A stretch of DNA of 38,501 nt, taken from the sequence record OR941417.1. The stretch is one strand, 5' to 3'. Positions 1 through 8,722 of the stretch are shown here, piece by piece (position 1 is the first letter of the stretch; each line of letters starts with the position of its first letter). The position numbers and the translations under genes are program-made. The notes below the pieces were generated by a model that saw only the letters and a list, made by a program, of their open reading frames with translations, ran no database searches and had not been told where the DNA came from. Origin of the DNA: Escherichia phage RCF.

Positions 1-969
1 GCCAAGGGTAATTGGGGTCTGGAGTCGATGGACTACTGGCAGACACTGGCGGAGCGTATGCGTGATGTTGGTTTCGTCAAGCTGGGCAACGGTCACTTTA
101 GCGCAGCCTATGAACACGCACTGCTACCGGGTAAGGTCATCAAGGTAGGCTTTAAGAAAGAGGACTCAGGCGCTGCCTATGCTGCCTTCTGCCGTATGAA
201 TCAGGGTCGTGAGGGTATCCCTACGGTGTACGACATTCAGCGTCATGCGGGCTGCTACACGGTGGTCTTGGACTATCTGACACCGCTTAACGATTGGTGC
301 TACGGTGAAAGTGATAAGATTCGCCACCACTTCCACGCTGCAAGGGAAATCATTCAGGAGGATTGCTTCGACACCGCCGAAGAGTACCCGATAAGCGAGG
401 GCTTCATTGAGACCTGCAAGGATATCCGCAAGTTCTTCTTAGGCATCGCATCGTTCGACTGTCATAGCGGTAACATGATGAAAGACCAGATGGGACGCCT
501 GATTATCACAGACCCGGTATCATTCAGCGCAGACGACAAGTTAAAGCCGGGTGAGTTCCACTGTGACCCGGATGAACTAATCGCTGAGATTGAGGCGCTG
601 AGGGCGCAGGAAGCGATTGACCGCTGTAAGGCACGCAAGGCACGCCGTGACCCTAACGGAACCTTTCAGGCAGCACGTAAAGCCCGTGCCAAATGGCGCA
701 GAAAGGCCTCTAAGCGTGAGAAGCGCAACGCTAAGGTACTCGCTAAGATGCGCATGGATGCCAATCAGAATCGCAGGGATGAGCCTAGGGCGCGTATGGT
801 GTGGGGCGATAAGCACTGGCGCAACGCTTGGATGCACCACAACAATCTAAACTTTGCAGAACTGGAGCGCCGCGCTGCTGCGGCAATGATGATGCATGAT
901 GAGGTGCGCATTCAGTGGGGCAAACCGTTACACATAGACGCATACCTTGACAAGCGTCTGCAAGGCTGA
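1..969 (+). CDS. 0.7: Gene 0.7 protein kinase / host transcription shut-off protein, C-terminal portion; the ORF begins at 38234 and continues across the window wrap (about 369 aa in total)
   Basis: Translation matches T7 gp0.7 (FKMLGNGHFSAAY, GKVIKVGFKKEDSGAAY, CRM.QGR.GIP.VYD, HAGCYTVVLD, basic C-terminus). Frame is continuous with 38234..38501 through the 127-nt overlap. Confidence 0.9.
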   Translation, partial: AKGNWGLESMDYWQTLAERMRDVGFVKLGNGHFSAAYEHALLPGKVIKVGFKKEDSGAAYAAFCRMNQGREGIPTVYDIQRHAGCYTVVLDYLTPLNDWCYGESDKIRHHFHAAREIIQEDCFDTAEEYPISEGFIETCKDIRKFFLGIASFDCHSGNMMKDQMGRLIITDPVSFSADDKLKPGEFHCDPDELIAEIEALRAQEAIDRCKARKARRDPNGTFQAARKARAKWRRKASKREKRNAKVLAKMRMDANQNRRDEPRARMVWGDKHWRNAWMHHNNLNFAELERRAAAAMMMHDEVRIQWGKPLHIDAYLDKRLQG

Positions 970-980
970 TAAAGTCTTTT

Positions 981-1012
981 CTTACAGGTCATCATGCGGT
1001 GGCCTGAATAGG
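981..1012 (+). promoter_or_regulatory. Possible RNase III processing hairpin between genes 0.7 and 1 (CAGGTC...GTGGCCTGAAT)
   Basis: Weaker version of the recurring hairpin motif; position corresponds to T7 R1. Confidence 0.35.
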
Positions 1013-1039
1013 AACGATTTATTCACAATGAGGTAAGCA

Positions 1040-3694
1040 ATGAACATCATCGAAAACATCGAAAAGAATGACTTCTCCGAAATCGAACTGGCTGCTATCC
1101 CGTTCAACACACTGGCAGACCACTACGGTAGCGCATTGGCTCGTGAACAACTGGCTTTAGAGCATGAGTCTTATGAGCTAGGCGAGCGCCGCTTCCTCAA
1201 GATGCTTGAGCGTCAAGCGAAAGCTGGTGAGATTGCAGACAACGCAGCCGCTAAGCCATTACTCGCTACGCTTCTCCCTAAGTTAACCGCACGTATCGTT
1301 GAGTGGCTCGAAGAGTACGCATCGAAGAAAGGCCGCAAGCCCGTAGCCTATGCACCACTCCAGCTACTCAAGCCGGAGGCGTCCGCGTTTATCACACTCA
1401 AGGTCATCCTTGCGTCACTGACCAGCACGAACATGACAACCATTCAGGCCGCTGCTGGTATGCTGGGGAAGGCCATTGAGGACGAGGCACGTTTCGGGCG
1501 CATCCGTGACCTCGAAGCGAAGCACTTCAAGAAGCACGTTGAGGAACAACTCAACAAGCGCCACGGGCAAGTCTACAAGAAAGCCTTTATGCAGGTGGTT
1601 GAGGCCGATATGATTGGTCGTGGGCTGCTGGGAGGCGAGGCGTGGTCTAGCTGGGACAAGGAAACCACGATGCACGTAGGGATTCGCCTGATTGAAATGC
1701 TGATTGAATCCACGGGTCTGGTGGAACTACAGCGCCACAACGCAGGCAACGCAGGCTCTGACCATGAGGCACTGCAACTGGCCCAAGAGTACGTCGATGT
1801 GTTAGCGAAGCGTGCAGGAGCACTGGCGGGTATCTCTCCGATGTTCCAGCCGTGTGTCGTACCGCCGAAACCTTGGGTATCAATCACAGGTGGCGGCTAT
1901 TGGGCTAACGGTCGCAGACCTTTGGCACTCGTTCGCACTCACTCTAAGAAGGGACTGATGCGCTACGAAGACGTTTACATGCCAGAAGTCTACAAGGCTG
2001 TGAACATCGCACAGAACACCGCATGGAAAATCAACAAGAAAGTTCTTGCCGTTGTCAATGAAATTGTTAACTGGAAGAATTGCCCGGTCGCAGATATTCC
2101 ATCGCTGGAGCGCCAAGAGTTACCGCCCAAGCCGGACGACATTGACACCAACGAGGCAGCACTCAAGGAGTGGAAGAAAGCCGCCGCTGGTATCTACCGC
2201 TTGGACAAGGCACGAGTGTCTCGCCGTATCAGCTTAGAGTTCATGCTGGAGCAGGCCAACAAGTTTGCAAACAAGAAAGCAATCTGGTTCCCTTACAACA
2301 TGGACTGGCGCGGTCGTGTGTACGCTGTGCCGATGTTCAACCCACAAGGCAACGACATGACGAAAGGTCTGCTGACCCTCGCTAAAGGCAAGCCAATCGG
2401 TGAGGAAGGGTTCTACTGGCTGAAAATCCACGGTGCGAACTGTGCGGGTGTCGATAAGGTTCCTTTCCCTGAGCGCATCGCGTTCATTGAGAAGCACGTA
2501 GACGACATTCTGGCTTGCGCTAAAGACCCAATCAACAACACTTGGTGGGCCGAGCAGGATTCACCATTCTGTTTCCTCGCGTTCTGCTTCGAGTATGCAG
2601 GCGTTGCGCACCACGGTCTGAGCTACAATTGCTCTCTGCCGCTGGCGTTCGATGGGTCTTGCTCCGGTATCCAGCACTTCTCCGCGATGCTCCGCGATGA
2701 GGTAGGCGGTCGCGCGGTTAACCTGCTGCCAAGCGAAACCGTGCAGGACATTTACGGAATCGTTGCACAGAAAGTAAACGAGATTCTCAAACAGGATGCA
2801 ATCAACGGCACACCTAACGAGATGATTACCGTGACCGACAAGGACACCGGGGAAATCTCAGAGAAGCTCAAGCTGGGAACCTCAACGCTGGCGCAACAGT
2901 GGCTGGCATATGGTGTAACCCGTAGCGTAACTAAACGTTCGGTCATGACGCTGGCTTACGGTTCCAAGGAGTTCGGCTTTCGTCAACAGGTACTGGACGA
3001 CACCATTCAGCCTGCGATTGACAGCGGTAAGGGCTTGATGTTCACTCAACCTAACCAAGCGGCTGGCTATATGGCTAAGCTGATTTGGGACGCGGTGAGC
3101 GTGACCGTAGTCGCAGCGGTTGAGGCGATGAACTGGCTCAAGTCTGCCGCCAAGCTGCTGGCTGCTGAGGTCAAGGACAAGAAGACCAAGGAGATTCTGC
3201 GCCACCGTTGCGCGGTTCACTGGACTACGCCGGACGGCTTCCCGGTATGGCAGGAATACCGCAAGCCACTCCAGAAGCGTCTCGATATGATTTTCTTGGG
3301 GCAATTCCGTCTGCAACCGACGATTAATACCCTCAAGGATTCAGGCATTGACGCACACAAGCAGGAGTCTGGCATCGCGCCTAACTTTGTTCACTCACAG
3401 GACGGTAGCCACCTCCGCATGACAGTCGTTTATGCTCACGAGAAGTATGGCATTGAGTCCTTTGCGCTCATCCATGACAGCTTTGGGACTATCCCGGCAG
3501 ACGCTGGTAAGCTCTTTAAGGCTGTGCGTGAGACGATGGTTATCACCTATGAGAACAACGATGTGCTGGCAGACTTCTATGACCAGTTTGCAGACCAGCT
3601 ACACGAGACCCAACTGGACAAGATGCCTCCGCTTCCGAAGAAAGGAAACCTGAACCTGCAAGACATTCTCAAGTCTGACTTTGCCTTTGCATAA
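1040..3694 (+). CDS. 1: Single-subunit phage RNA polymerase (T3-type), 884 aa
   Basis: 884-aa ORF collinear with T7 RNAP, preceded by a GAGGT Shine-Dalgarno. Its cognate T3-type promoters recur through the genome. Confidence 0.98.
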   Translation: MNIIENIEKNDFSEIELAAIPFNTLADHYGSALAREQLALEHESYELGERRFLKMLERQAKAGEIADNAAAKPLLATLLPKLTARIVEWLEEYASKKGRKPVAYAPLQLLKPEASAFITLKVILASLTSTNMTTIQAAAGMLGKAIEDEARFGRIRDLEAKHFKKHVEEQLNKRHGQVYKKAFMQVVEADMIGRGLLGGEAWSSWDKETTMHVGIRLIEMLIESTGLVELQRHNAGNAGSDHEALQLAQEYVDVLAKRAGALAGISPMFQPCVVPPKPWVSITGGGYWANGRRPLALVRTHSKKGLMRYEDVYMPEVYKAVNIAQNTAWKINKKVLAVVNEIVNWKNCPVADIPSLERQELPPKPDDIDTNEAALKEWKKAAAGIYRLDKARVSRRISLEFMLEQANKFANKKAIWFPYNMDWRGRVYAVPMFNPQGNDMTKGLLTLAKGKPIGEEGFYWLKIHGANCAGVDKVPFPERIAFIEKHVDDILACAKDPINNTWWAEQDSPFCFLAFCFEYAGVAHHGLSYNCSLPLAFDGSCSGIQHFSAMLRDEVGGRAVNLLPSETVQDIYGIVAQKVNEILKQDAINGTPNEMITVTDKDTGEISEKLKLGTSTLAQQWLAYGVTRSVTKRSVMTLAYGSKEFGFRQQVLDDTIQPAIDSGKGLMFTQPNQAAGYMAKLIWDAVSVTVVAAVEAMNWLKSAAKLLAAEVKDKKTKEILRHRCAVHWTTPDGFPVWQEYRKPLQKRLDMIFLGQFRLQPTINTLKDSGIDAHKQESGIAPNFVHSQDGSHLRMTVVYAHEKYGIESFALIHDSFGTIPADAGKLFKAVRETMVITYENNDVLADFYDQFADQLHETQLDKMPPLPKKGNLNLQDILKSDFAFA

Positions 3695-3706
3695 CAAGCA
3701 CTTAGC

Positions 3707-3729
3707 ATTAACCCTCACTAACGGGAGAC
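3707..3729 (+). promoter_or_regulatory. phi1.05: T3-type phage RNAP promoter, ATTAACCCTCACTAACGGGAGAC
   Basis: Consensus match immediately after gene 1. Confidence 0.85.
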
Positions 3730-3780
3730 TACTTAAGGTCTCCCACTTTAAGACACTTTAGGTACTAAGAGATTAAATTT

Positions 3781-4053
3781 ATGATTAACATTAAGGCTTT
3801 CTTTAAGAACATCTTTAAGTTAAACCGCTTGACTTCCGTTAAGTTCTACGCTTGGATGCCCGGTAGTGATGACCTCCGCAAGACTGAATTTAAGTTAGGC
3901 TTAGGGCCGTGCGGTAAGGTGGTCACGAAGTTGGAATGTTACTCAACGTCCTCCGGGATGGTCATCTTCCAGACCACTGAGGACAACGAAACGAAATCCT
4001 TCTACTACCCGGAAGGTTCAACGTGTGGTCGTATCGAACGGACATACAGTTAA
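3781..4053 (+). CDS. Gene 1.05-like hypothetical protein (90 aa)
   Basis: ORF directly downstream of a phage promoter, in the position of T3 gene 1.05. AT-rich; function unknown. Confidence 0.55.
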   Translation: MINIKAFFKNIFKLNRLTSVKFYAWMPGSDDLRKTEFKLGLGPCGKVVTKLECYSTSSGMVIFQTTEDNETKSFYYPEGSTCGRIERTYS

Positions 4054-4071
4054 CCCTCACTAACGGGAGAG
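4050..4071 (+). promoter_or_regulatory. phi1.1: T3-type phage RNAP promoter, TTAACCCTCACTAACGGGAGAG
   Basis: Consensus match overlapping the gene 1.05 stop. Confidence 0.85.
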
Positions 4072-4075
4072 TTAG

Positions 4076-4110
4076 CCTCAAGGTCATCCAAGCGGGTGGC
4101 CTTTGTGATT
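4076..4110 (+). promoter_or_regulatory. RNase III-type processing hairpin (CCTCAAGGTCATCCAAGCGGGTGGCCTTTGTGATT)
   Basis: Member of the conserved CTCAAGGYC...GRGCCTTTRTGAT family; imperfect stem with bubble. Confidence 0.65.
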
Positions 4111-4145
4111 AACTTTCAATATACATCAACATGAGGTAAGATACT

Positions 4146-4286
4146 ATGCGTACCAACTTTGAGAAATTTACCAAGCGCGATTCAGTGGTCAACGAGCATG
4201 GCGAACAGTGGCAAGAGCGCCGTGACCGCATGAAGAAACGCCACAAGCAGCAGCGCGGTAACTCACAGAAACGGGAGTGGAACTAA
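4146..4286 (+). CDS. 1.1: Gene 1.1 small basic protein (46 aa)
   Basis: Not in the ORF track (under 60 aa). ATG at 4146 after GAGGT; MRTNFEKFTKR...KRHKQQRGNSQKREWN resembles T7 gp1.1; stop overlaps the gene 1.2 start. Confidence 0.65.
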   Translation: MRTNFEKFTKRDSVVNEHGEQWQERRDRMKKRHKQQRGNSQKREWN

Positions 4287-4561
4287 TGATGGGACGTATC
4301 TATAGCGGCAACCTGAACGATTACAAAGATGCGGTAGCGCGTCTACAGGAAGACCATGACGTGACCGTGAAGGTGGAGTCGTTCAGCTATGAAAACCCAG
4401 CGAAGATGTGCAGGTCATCCGGTGAGGTTCTCCGTGTGTTCACACGCTCCGGGCATCTGGTGGCATCCAGAACCTTCGAGCACAGCGACAGCGATGTACA
4501 AATCAACGCGCAGACTGCATGGCTCCGCAAGGTTCACAGCGATTTGAAACACTGGCAGTAA
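4286..4561 (+). CDS. 1.2: Gene 1.2 protein (host dGTPase inhibitor in T7)
   Basis: MMGRIYSGNL... resembles T7 gp1.2 (MGRLYSGNL...). Start is 4286 or 4289; the track start 4277 lies inside gene 1.1. Confidence 0.8.
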   Translation: MMGRIYSGNLNDYKDAVARLQEDHDVTVKVESFSYENPAKMCRSSGEVLRVFTRSGHLVASRTFEHSDSDVQINAQTAWLRKVHSDLKHWQ

Positions 4562-4582
4562 TAACCCTCACTAACAGGAGAA
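4561..4582 (+). promoter_or_regulatory. phi1.3: T3-type phage RNAP promoter, ATAACCCTCACTAACAGGAGAA
   Basis: Consensus match after gene 1.2. Confidence 0.85.
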
Positions 4583-4583
4583 T

Positions 4584-4618
4584 CCTCAAGGTCACTTTAA
4601 CGAGTGGCCTTTGTGATT
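4584..4618 (+). promoter_or_regulatory. RNase III-type processing hairpin (CCTCAAGGTCACTTTAACGAGTGGCCTTTGTGATT)
   Basis: Same motif family, upstream of the ligase gene. Confidence 0.65.
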
Positions 4619-4655
4619 CGAACTGATTAACTTTCAACCAATGAGGAACAACCTT

Positions 4656-5672
4656 ATGAACATCTTCAAGACCAACCCATTCAAAGCTGTGTCATTCGTA
4701 GAGTCTGCCGTTAAGAAAGCGCTGGAGACCTCCGGCTACCTAATGGCTGATATCAAATATGATGGTGTGCGCGGTAACATTGTGGTTGACAACGTGGCTG
4801 AGGCTGCATGGTTGTCTCGCGTATCCAAGTTCATCCCGGCGCTGGAACACCTGAACGGTTTCGATAAGCGCTGGCAGCAACTGCTGAACGATGACCGCTG
4901 CATTTTCCCGGACGGCTTCATGCTGGATGGTGAACTGATGGTCAAAGGCGTAGACTTCAACACAGGGTCTGGCCTGCTGCGTACCAAGTGGCTCAAGAAG
5001 AACAACTTCATGTTTGACCGTGGTGGTGTTGAGCCGCTGAAAGGTTCCAAAGTAGCCTTTGAGTTAGACCCTAAGCGCCTGAGTGTGCGCCTGTATGCGG
5101 TCATGCCGATTCACATTGCTGAGTCTGGCGAGGACTACGATGTGCAGAACCTCCTGATGCCGTATCATGTGGAAGCCATGCGCTCTCTTCTGGTTGAATA
5201 CTTCCCGGAAATCGAGTGGCTTATCGCTGAGACCTACGAGGTCTACGACATGGATTCGCTGAGTGAACTATACGAGGCCAAGCGTGCCGAAGGTCACGAG
5301 GGTCTCATTGTGAAAGACCCGCAGGGCATCTACAAGCGAGGCAAGAAGTCTGGCTGGTGGAAGCTCAAGCCTGAGTGTGAAGCTGACGGTATCATTCAGG
5401 GTGTCAATTGGGGAACCGAAGGGTTAGCCAACGAGGGTAAAGTGATAGGCTTTAGTGTGCTTCTTGAGACTGGTCGTTTAGTAGACGCCAACAACATCTC
5501 TCGCGCACTGATGGACGAGTTCACAGCCAACGTTAAAGCCCACGGTGAAGACTTCTACAACGGGTGGGCCTGTCAGGTCAACTATATGGAAGAGACCCCG
5601 GACGGCTCCCTGCGTCACCCTAGCTTCGAGAAGTTCCGAGGCACTGAGGACAACCCTCAAGAGAAAATGTAA
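4656..5672 (+). CDS. 1.3: ATP-dependent DNA ligase
   Basis: Strong match to T7 ligase (KTNPFKAVSFVESA, IKYDGVRGNI, GFMLDGELMVKGVDFNTGSGLLRTKW, EGLIVKDP, SLRHPSF). True start is ATG 4656 after GAGGAA; track start 4641 is inside the RBS. Confidence 0.95.
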   Translation: MNIFKTNPFKAVSFVESAVKKALETSGYLMADIKYDGVRGNIVVDNVAEAAWLSRVSKFIPALEHLNGFDKRWQQLLNDDRCIFPDGFMLDGELMVKGVDFNTGSGLLRTKWLKKNNFMFDRGGVEPLKGSKVAFELDPKRLSVRLYAVMPIHIAESGEDYDVQNLLMPYHVEAMRSLLVEYFPEIEWLIAETYEVYDMDSLSELYEAKRAEGHEGLIVKDPQGIYKRGKKSGWWKLKPECEADGIIQGVNWGTEGLANEGKVIGFSVLLETGRLVDANNISRALMDEFTANVKAHGEDFYNGWACQVNYMEETPDGSLRHPSFEKFRGTEDNPQEKM

Positions 5673-5682
5673 CCAACTCACT

Positions 5683-5710
5683 GGCTCACCTTCACGGGTG
5701 GGCCTTTCTT
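5683..5710 (+). terminator. TE: Early intrinsic terminator (TE-like): GGCTCACC-ttcacg-GGTGGGCC followed by TTTCTT
   Basis: 8-bp GC-rich stem with 6-nt loop and a T-rich tract, directly after the ligase gene, as for T7 TE. Confidence 0.7.
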
Positions 5711-5723
5711 CGTTCCGGGTGGG

Positions 5724-5747
5724 AATTAACCCTCACTAACAGGAGAC
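5724..5747 (+). promoter_or_regulatory. phi1.5: T3-type phage RNAP promoter, AATTAACCCTCACTAACAGGAGAC
   Basis: Consensus match just downstream of terminator TE. Confidence 0.85.
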
Positions 5748-5754
5748 ACACACC

Positions 5755-5832
5755 ATGTGGCTTATCCTATTCGCTATCGTCGCAACGCTGGGATTAATGG
5801 CTGCCGACGACAACATTTGGCCTGATTGTTAA
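5755..5832 (+). CDS. Gene 1.5-like hydrophobic micro-protein (25 aa, MWLILFAIVATLGLMAADDNIWPDC)
   Basis: ATG 8 nt after the promoter start with AGGAGA upstream; one predicted TM helix. Short, so uncertain. Confidence 0.35.
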   Translation: MWLILFAIVATLGLMAADDNIWPDC

Positions 5833-5844
5833 GGAGACAACATC

Positions 5845-6102
5845 ATGCGTTTACATTTCAACAAATCCAACGGTATCTTTTCGGTTCGCCGTAAAGACCG
5901 CTCGACCGTATTGGCCTCTGAGCGCAACGCCAAGCTGCCGCTGATTGGTTCGGTCGCCACGCTATCGCCTTGCGTTCACCTGCTGATTACTCGTGGCGAG
6001 TTCGTAAAGGCGATGAATAAAGAGCGTCCACATCTGGAAGCCGTGGTCACTTACTGGCCTCGCATCCGTCTGTTCGTTAAGTGGATTAAGGAGGTGCTGT
6101 AA
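5845..6102 (+). CDS. Gene 1.6-like protein (85 aa)
   Basis: ORF with AAGGAGA RBS in the syntenic position of T7/T3 gene 1.6; function unknown. Confidence 0.6.
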   Translation: MRLHFNKSNGIFSVRRKDRSTVLASERNAKLPLIGSVATLSPCVHLLITRGEFVKAMNKERPHLEAVVTYWPRIRLFVKWIKEVL

Positions 6103-6593
6103 TGCTGCAACATCATTGGAACAAACCAGACTTAGAGGCTCGCTTCCCGGTTAACTCTGTGGTACGATACTCCGGCGGTGGCCTCAAGCGCATCTTAGGG
6201 ATGAGCGGAGTGGTAACTGGTCACTCGCACACAGGTCGCGTTAAGGTTCGCTTCGGTACTCAGCACGCTGAGGTTCTTCCGAACAACCTGATTCCGCTAC
6301 CGAAAGCTGGCGTTAAGACTCCGAACGTTGAAGCACCGAAGACAGAAGTCAAGTCTGACGTGACTCATCCGAACCACTACATGCTGTTCGACAACGTGGA
6401 AGCCATTGAGGTTATCGCCCGGTCAATGACCGTCGAGGCGTTCCGTGGGTACTGCCTTGGGAATATTTTGAAGTACCGCCTGCGTGCTGGTAAGAAATCC
6501 GAACTGGCAACGATGGAGAAAGACCTTAAGAAAGCTGCATTCTATCAGGAACTCTTTGACAAACATAAGGGGCTGTGTTATGACGCTTCGTGA
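6102..6593 (+). CDS. 1.7: Gene 1.7 nucleotide kinase
   Basis: C-terminal half matches T7 gp1.7 (HYMLFD.VEAIEVIARSMTVE.F.GYC.GNILKYRLRAGKK); GGAGG RBS. Confidence 0.8.
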   Translation: MLQHHWNKPDLEARFPVNSVVRYSGGGLKRILGMSGVVTGHSHTGRVKVRFGTQHAEVLPNNLIPLPKAGVKTPNVEAPKTEVKSDVTHPNHYMLFDNVEAIEVIARSMTVEAFRGYCLGNILKYRLRAGKKSELATMEKDLKKAAFYQELFDKHKGLCYDAS

Positions 6594-6717
6594 GTACTGC
6601 GATTGGTGTGCCGCTAAGTGGAACCAAGCTATTGAGGCTGGTGACGAGGCCGCAGCCAACGCCTACCAACAATTGTACGCGCTGTGGGAGAGGCGCTTTA
6701 AGGAGGCCAATAAATGA
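6580..6717 (+). CDS. Gene 1.8-like small protein (45 aa, [16 protein letters not shown]...)
   Basis: ATG 6580 with AAGGGG upstream, overlapping the gene 1.7 end; syntenic with T7 1.8. Track start 6484 is an in-frame upstream ATG inside 1.7. Confidence 0.5.
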   Translation: MTLREYCDWCAAKWNQAIEAGDEAAANAYQQLYALWERRFKEANK

Positions 6718-6950
6718 GCCAGTGTAACAACGGGTGCCAGTACGCGAAGGACGTAGGGATGGAGAACCACTCCTGTGCAAATCGCTGCATGTACTCAGAA
6801 CAGAAATACCTTCTGACGATAGAAGGAAACACCGAGTCCTTTGAGGTTCCGGTATTCGCCCGGTCTCTCGAAGAGGCAACGCTACAGGCTGAACATTATG
6901 AGGACGCTGGGTTCGTAGTGACTCGCATCCGTCCAGAAGTGAAAGCCTAA
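6714..6950 (+). CDS. 2: Gene 2 host RNA polymerase inhibitor
   Basis: C-terminal region matches T7 gp2 (SFEVP.ae.LeEA...AGF.VTR.RP); GGAGG RBS. An internal Met start is possible. Confidence 0.8.
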   Translation: MSQCNNGCQYAKDVGMENHSCANRCMYSEQKYLLTIEGNTESFEVPVFARSLEEATLQAEHYEDAGFVVTRIRPEVKA

Positions 6951-6970
6951 TTACCCTCACTAAAGGGAAC
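6949..6970 (+). promoter_or_regulatory. phi2.5: T3-type phage RNAP promoter, AATTACCCTCACTAAAGGGAAC
   Basis: Consensus match upstream of the SSB gene. Confidence 0.85.
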
Positions 6971-7002
6971 AACCCAATCATTAACCACAAAGGAGAAACA
7001 TT

Positions 7003-7701
7003 ATGGCTGGTTTCAAGAAGAAAATTTACACCTCTGGTCTTGGCACTGCTGAGCCGTATGCTTACCTGAGTAAGCCTGATTACGGCAACGAAGAGCGTGG
7101 CTTCGGCAACCCTCGTGGTGTCTATAAGGTAGACCTGACTCTTTCCAATAAAGACCCGCGCTGTCAGGCGATGGTCGATGAAATCGTGAAGACCCACGAA
7201 GAGGCTTATGCTGCTGCCGTGGAAGAGTTCGAAGCTAACCCGCCGCAGATACAGCGTGGTAAGAAACCACTGAAACCTTACGAGGGCGACATGCCGTTCT
7301 TCGATAACGGTGACGGTACGACTACCTTCAAGTTCAAATGCTATGCATCTTTCCAAGACAAGAAGACCAAAGAGACCAAACACATCAATCTGGTCGTGGT
7401 CGATAGCAAGGGCAAGAAGATTCAGGACGTTCCGATTATCGGTGGCGGCTCTAAGCTGAAAGTGAAATACTCTCTGGTGCCTTACAAGTGGAACACCGCT
7501 GTGGGCGCAAGCGTCAAGCTGCAACTTGAATCCGTGATGCTGGTCGAACTGGCTACCTTCGGTGGTGGCAGTGAAGATGAGTGGGACGATGAAGTCGAAG
7601 ATGGCGGTTACACTGCGAGTGAATCCCGTCAGTCCCGCGATGAGCAGGAGTGGCAGGAAGACGAGCACGAAGAAACCCCGGATGATGACGAGGACTTCTA
7701 A
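7003..7701 (+). CDS. 2.5: Single-stranded DNA-binding protein with acidic C-terminal tail
   Basis: 232 aa, collinear with T7 gp2.5; acidic C-terminus ending DDDEDF. Confidence 0.95.
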   Translation: MAGFKKKIYTSGLGTAEPYAYLSKPDYGNEERGFGNPRGVYKVDLTLSNKDPRCQAMVDEIVKTHEEAYAAAVEEFEANPPQIQRGKKPLKPYEGDMPFFDNGDGTTTFKFKCYASFQDKKTKETKHINLVVVDSKGKKIQDVPIIGGGSKLKVKYSLVPYKWNTAVGASVKLQLESVMLVELATFGGGSEDEWDDEVEDGGYTASESRQSRDEQEWQEDEHEETPDDDEDF

Positions 7702-8162
7702 TGGCTGGCGCATACGCTGCGCGAGGTGTACGCAAGGTCGGGGCTTTCCGCTCCGGCCTAGAAGATAAAGTCTCAAAGCAGCTTGAGAGTAAGGGAATTA
7801 AGTTCGACTATGAACTTTGGCGTATCCCTTACGTCATCCCTGCGAGTGACCACTTATACACTCCAGACTTCCTGCTACCTAACGGTATCTTCATTGAGAC
7901 CAAGGGGCTGTGGGATTCCGATGACCGCAAGAAACACCTTTTGATTCGTGAGCAACACCCTGAACTGGACATTCGCTTGGTCTTCTCAAGCAGCCGCTCA
8001 AAGCTCTACAAGGGTAGTCCAACAAGCTACGGTGAGTGGTGCGAGAAGCATGGCATTCTGTTTGCTGACAAGCTGATACCAGTGGCGTGGCTCAAAGAAC
8101 CCAAGAAGGAGGTTCCGTTCGATAAATTTAAGACTAAGAAAGGAGTAAAGAAAAATGGCTAA
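7701..8162 (+). CDS. 3: Endonuclease I (Holliday junction resolvase)
   Basis: 153 aa matching T7 endo I (YTPDFLLPNGIFIETKG, ELDIRLVFSS); ATG overlaps the 2.5 stop. Confidence 0.93.
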   Translation: MAGAYAARGVRKVGAFRSGLEDKVSKQLESKGIKFDYELWRIPYVIPASDHLYTPDFLLPNGIFIETKGLWDSDDRKKHLLIREQHPELDIRLVFSSSRSKLYKGSPTSYGEWCEKHGILFADKLIPVAWLKEPKKEVPFDKFKTKKGVKKNG

Positions 8163-8610
8163 AGTTCAATTCAAACCACGAGCAACCACGGAGGCAATCT
8201 TTGTGCATTGCTCAGCAACCAAGCCAAGCCAGAACATTGGCGTTCGTGAGATTCGTCAATGGCACAAAGAGCAGGGCTGGTTAGACGTAGGATATCACTT
8301 CATCATCAAGCGTGATGGAACTGTGGAAGCAGGCCGCGATGAACTGGCTGTAGGTTCCCACGTGAAAGGTTACAACCACAACTCCGTAGGCGTATGCCTC
8401 GTGGGTGGGATTGATGATAAAGGCAAGTTCGACGCCAACTTTACACCTGCGCAAATGCAAGCGCTGCGTAGTCTGCTGGTCACGCTGCTGGCGAAGTATG
8501 AGGGTTCAATCCTTCGTGCTCACCATGACGTTGCACCCAAAGCCTGCCCGTCCTTCGACTTGAAGCGCTGGTGGGAGAAGAACGAACTGGTTACATCTGA
8601 CCGAGGGTGA
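8155..8610 (+). CDS. 3.5: Lysozyme / N-acetylmuramoyl-L-alanine amidase (RNAP inhibitor)
   Basis: 151 aa, near-collinear with T7 lysozyme (ARVQFKQR..., IFVHCSAT, GYHFII.RDG, CPSFDLKRWW). Confidence 0.95.
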   Translation: MAKVQFKPRATTEAIFVHCSATKPSQNIGVREIRQWHKEQGWLDVGYHFIIKRDGTVEAGRDELAVGSHVKGYNHNSVGVCLVGGIDDKGKFDANFTPAQMQALRSLLVTLLAKYEGSILRAHHDVAPKACPSFDLKRWWEKNELVTSDRG

Positions 8611-8614
8611 TACC

Positions 8615-8722
8615 ATGAGGATGATTTGTATTCGCTGTGATAAGCCGTTGAAGAGTCGTGTACCGTCACGTCAGTGTCAGTGCAAAGACCCAATCAAGGC
8701 TGAGGAACACACCGAGGAATAA
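8615..8722 (+). CDS. Cys-rich mini-protein, gene 3.7-like (35 aa, MRMICIRCDKPLKSRVPSRQCQCKDPIKAEEHTEE)
   Basis: Not in the ORF track. ATG 4 nt after the lysozyme stop; CxxC...CxC pattern suggests a zinc ribbon; ends just before the phage promoter at 8721. Confidence 0.4.
   Translation: MRMICIRCDKPLKSRVPSRQCQCKDPIKAEEHTEE

Noticed and set aside
617-850. Short + and - strand ORFs nested in gene 0.7 (617..850 +, 577..840 -), and similar nested ORFs inside genes 1, 5, 12, 15, 16 and 17
   Set aside because: All lie within long, well-supported genes in other frames, lack start signals and have biased compositions; treated as chance ORFs.
6526-7776. 416-aa ORF on the minus strand
   Set aside because: It runs antisense across genes 1.8, 2 and 2.5 and a phage promoter, has a low-complexity Leu/Arg/Ser-rich translation and no RBS context. 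T7-group genomes are transcribed entirely left to right. Judged an antisense artefact of the GC-rich coding strand.
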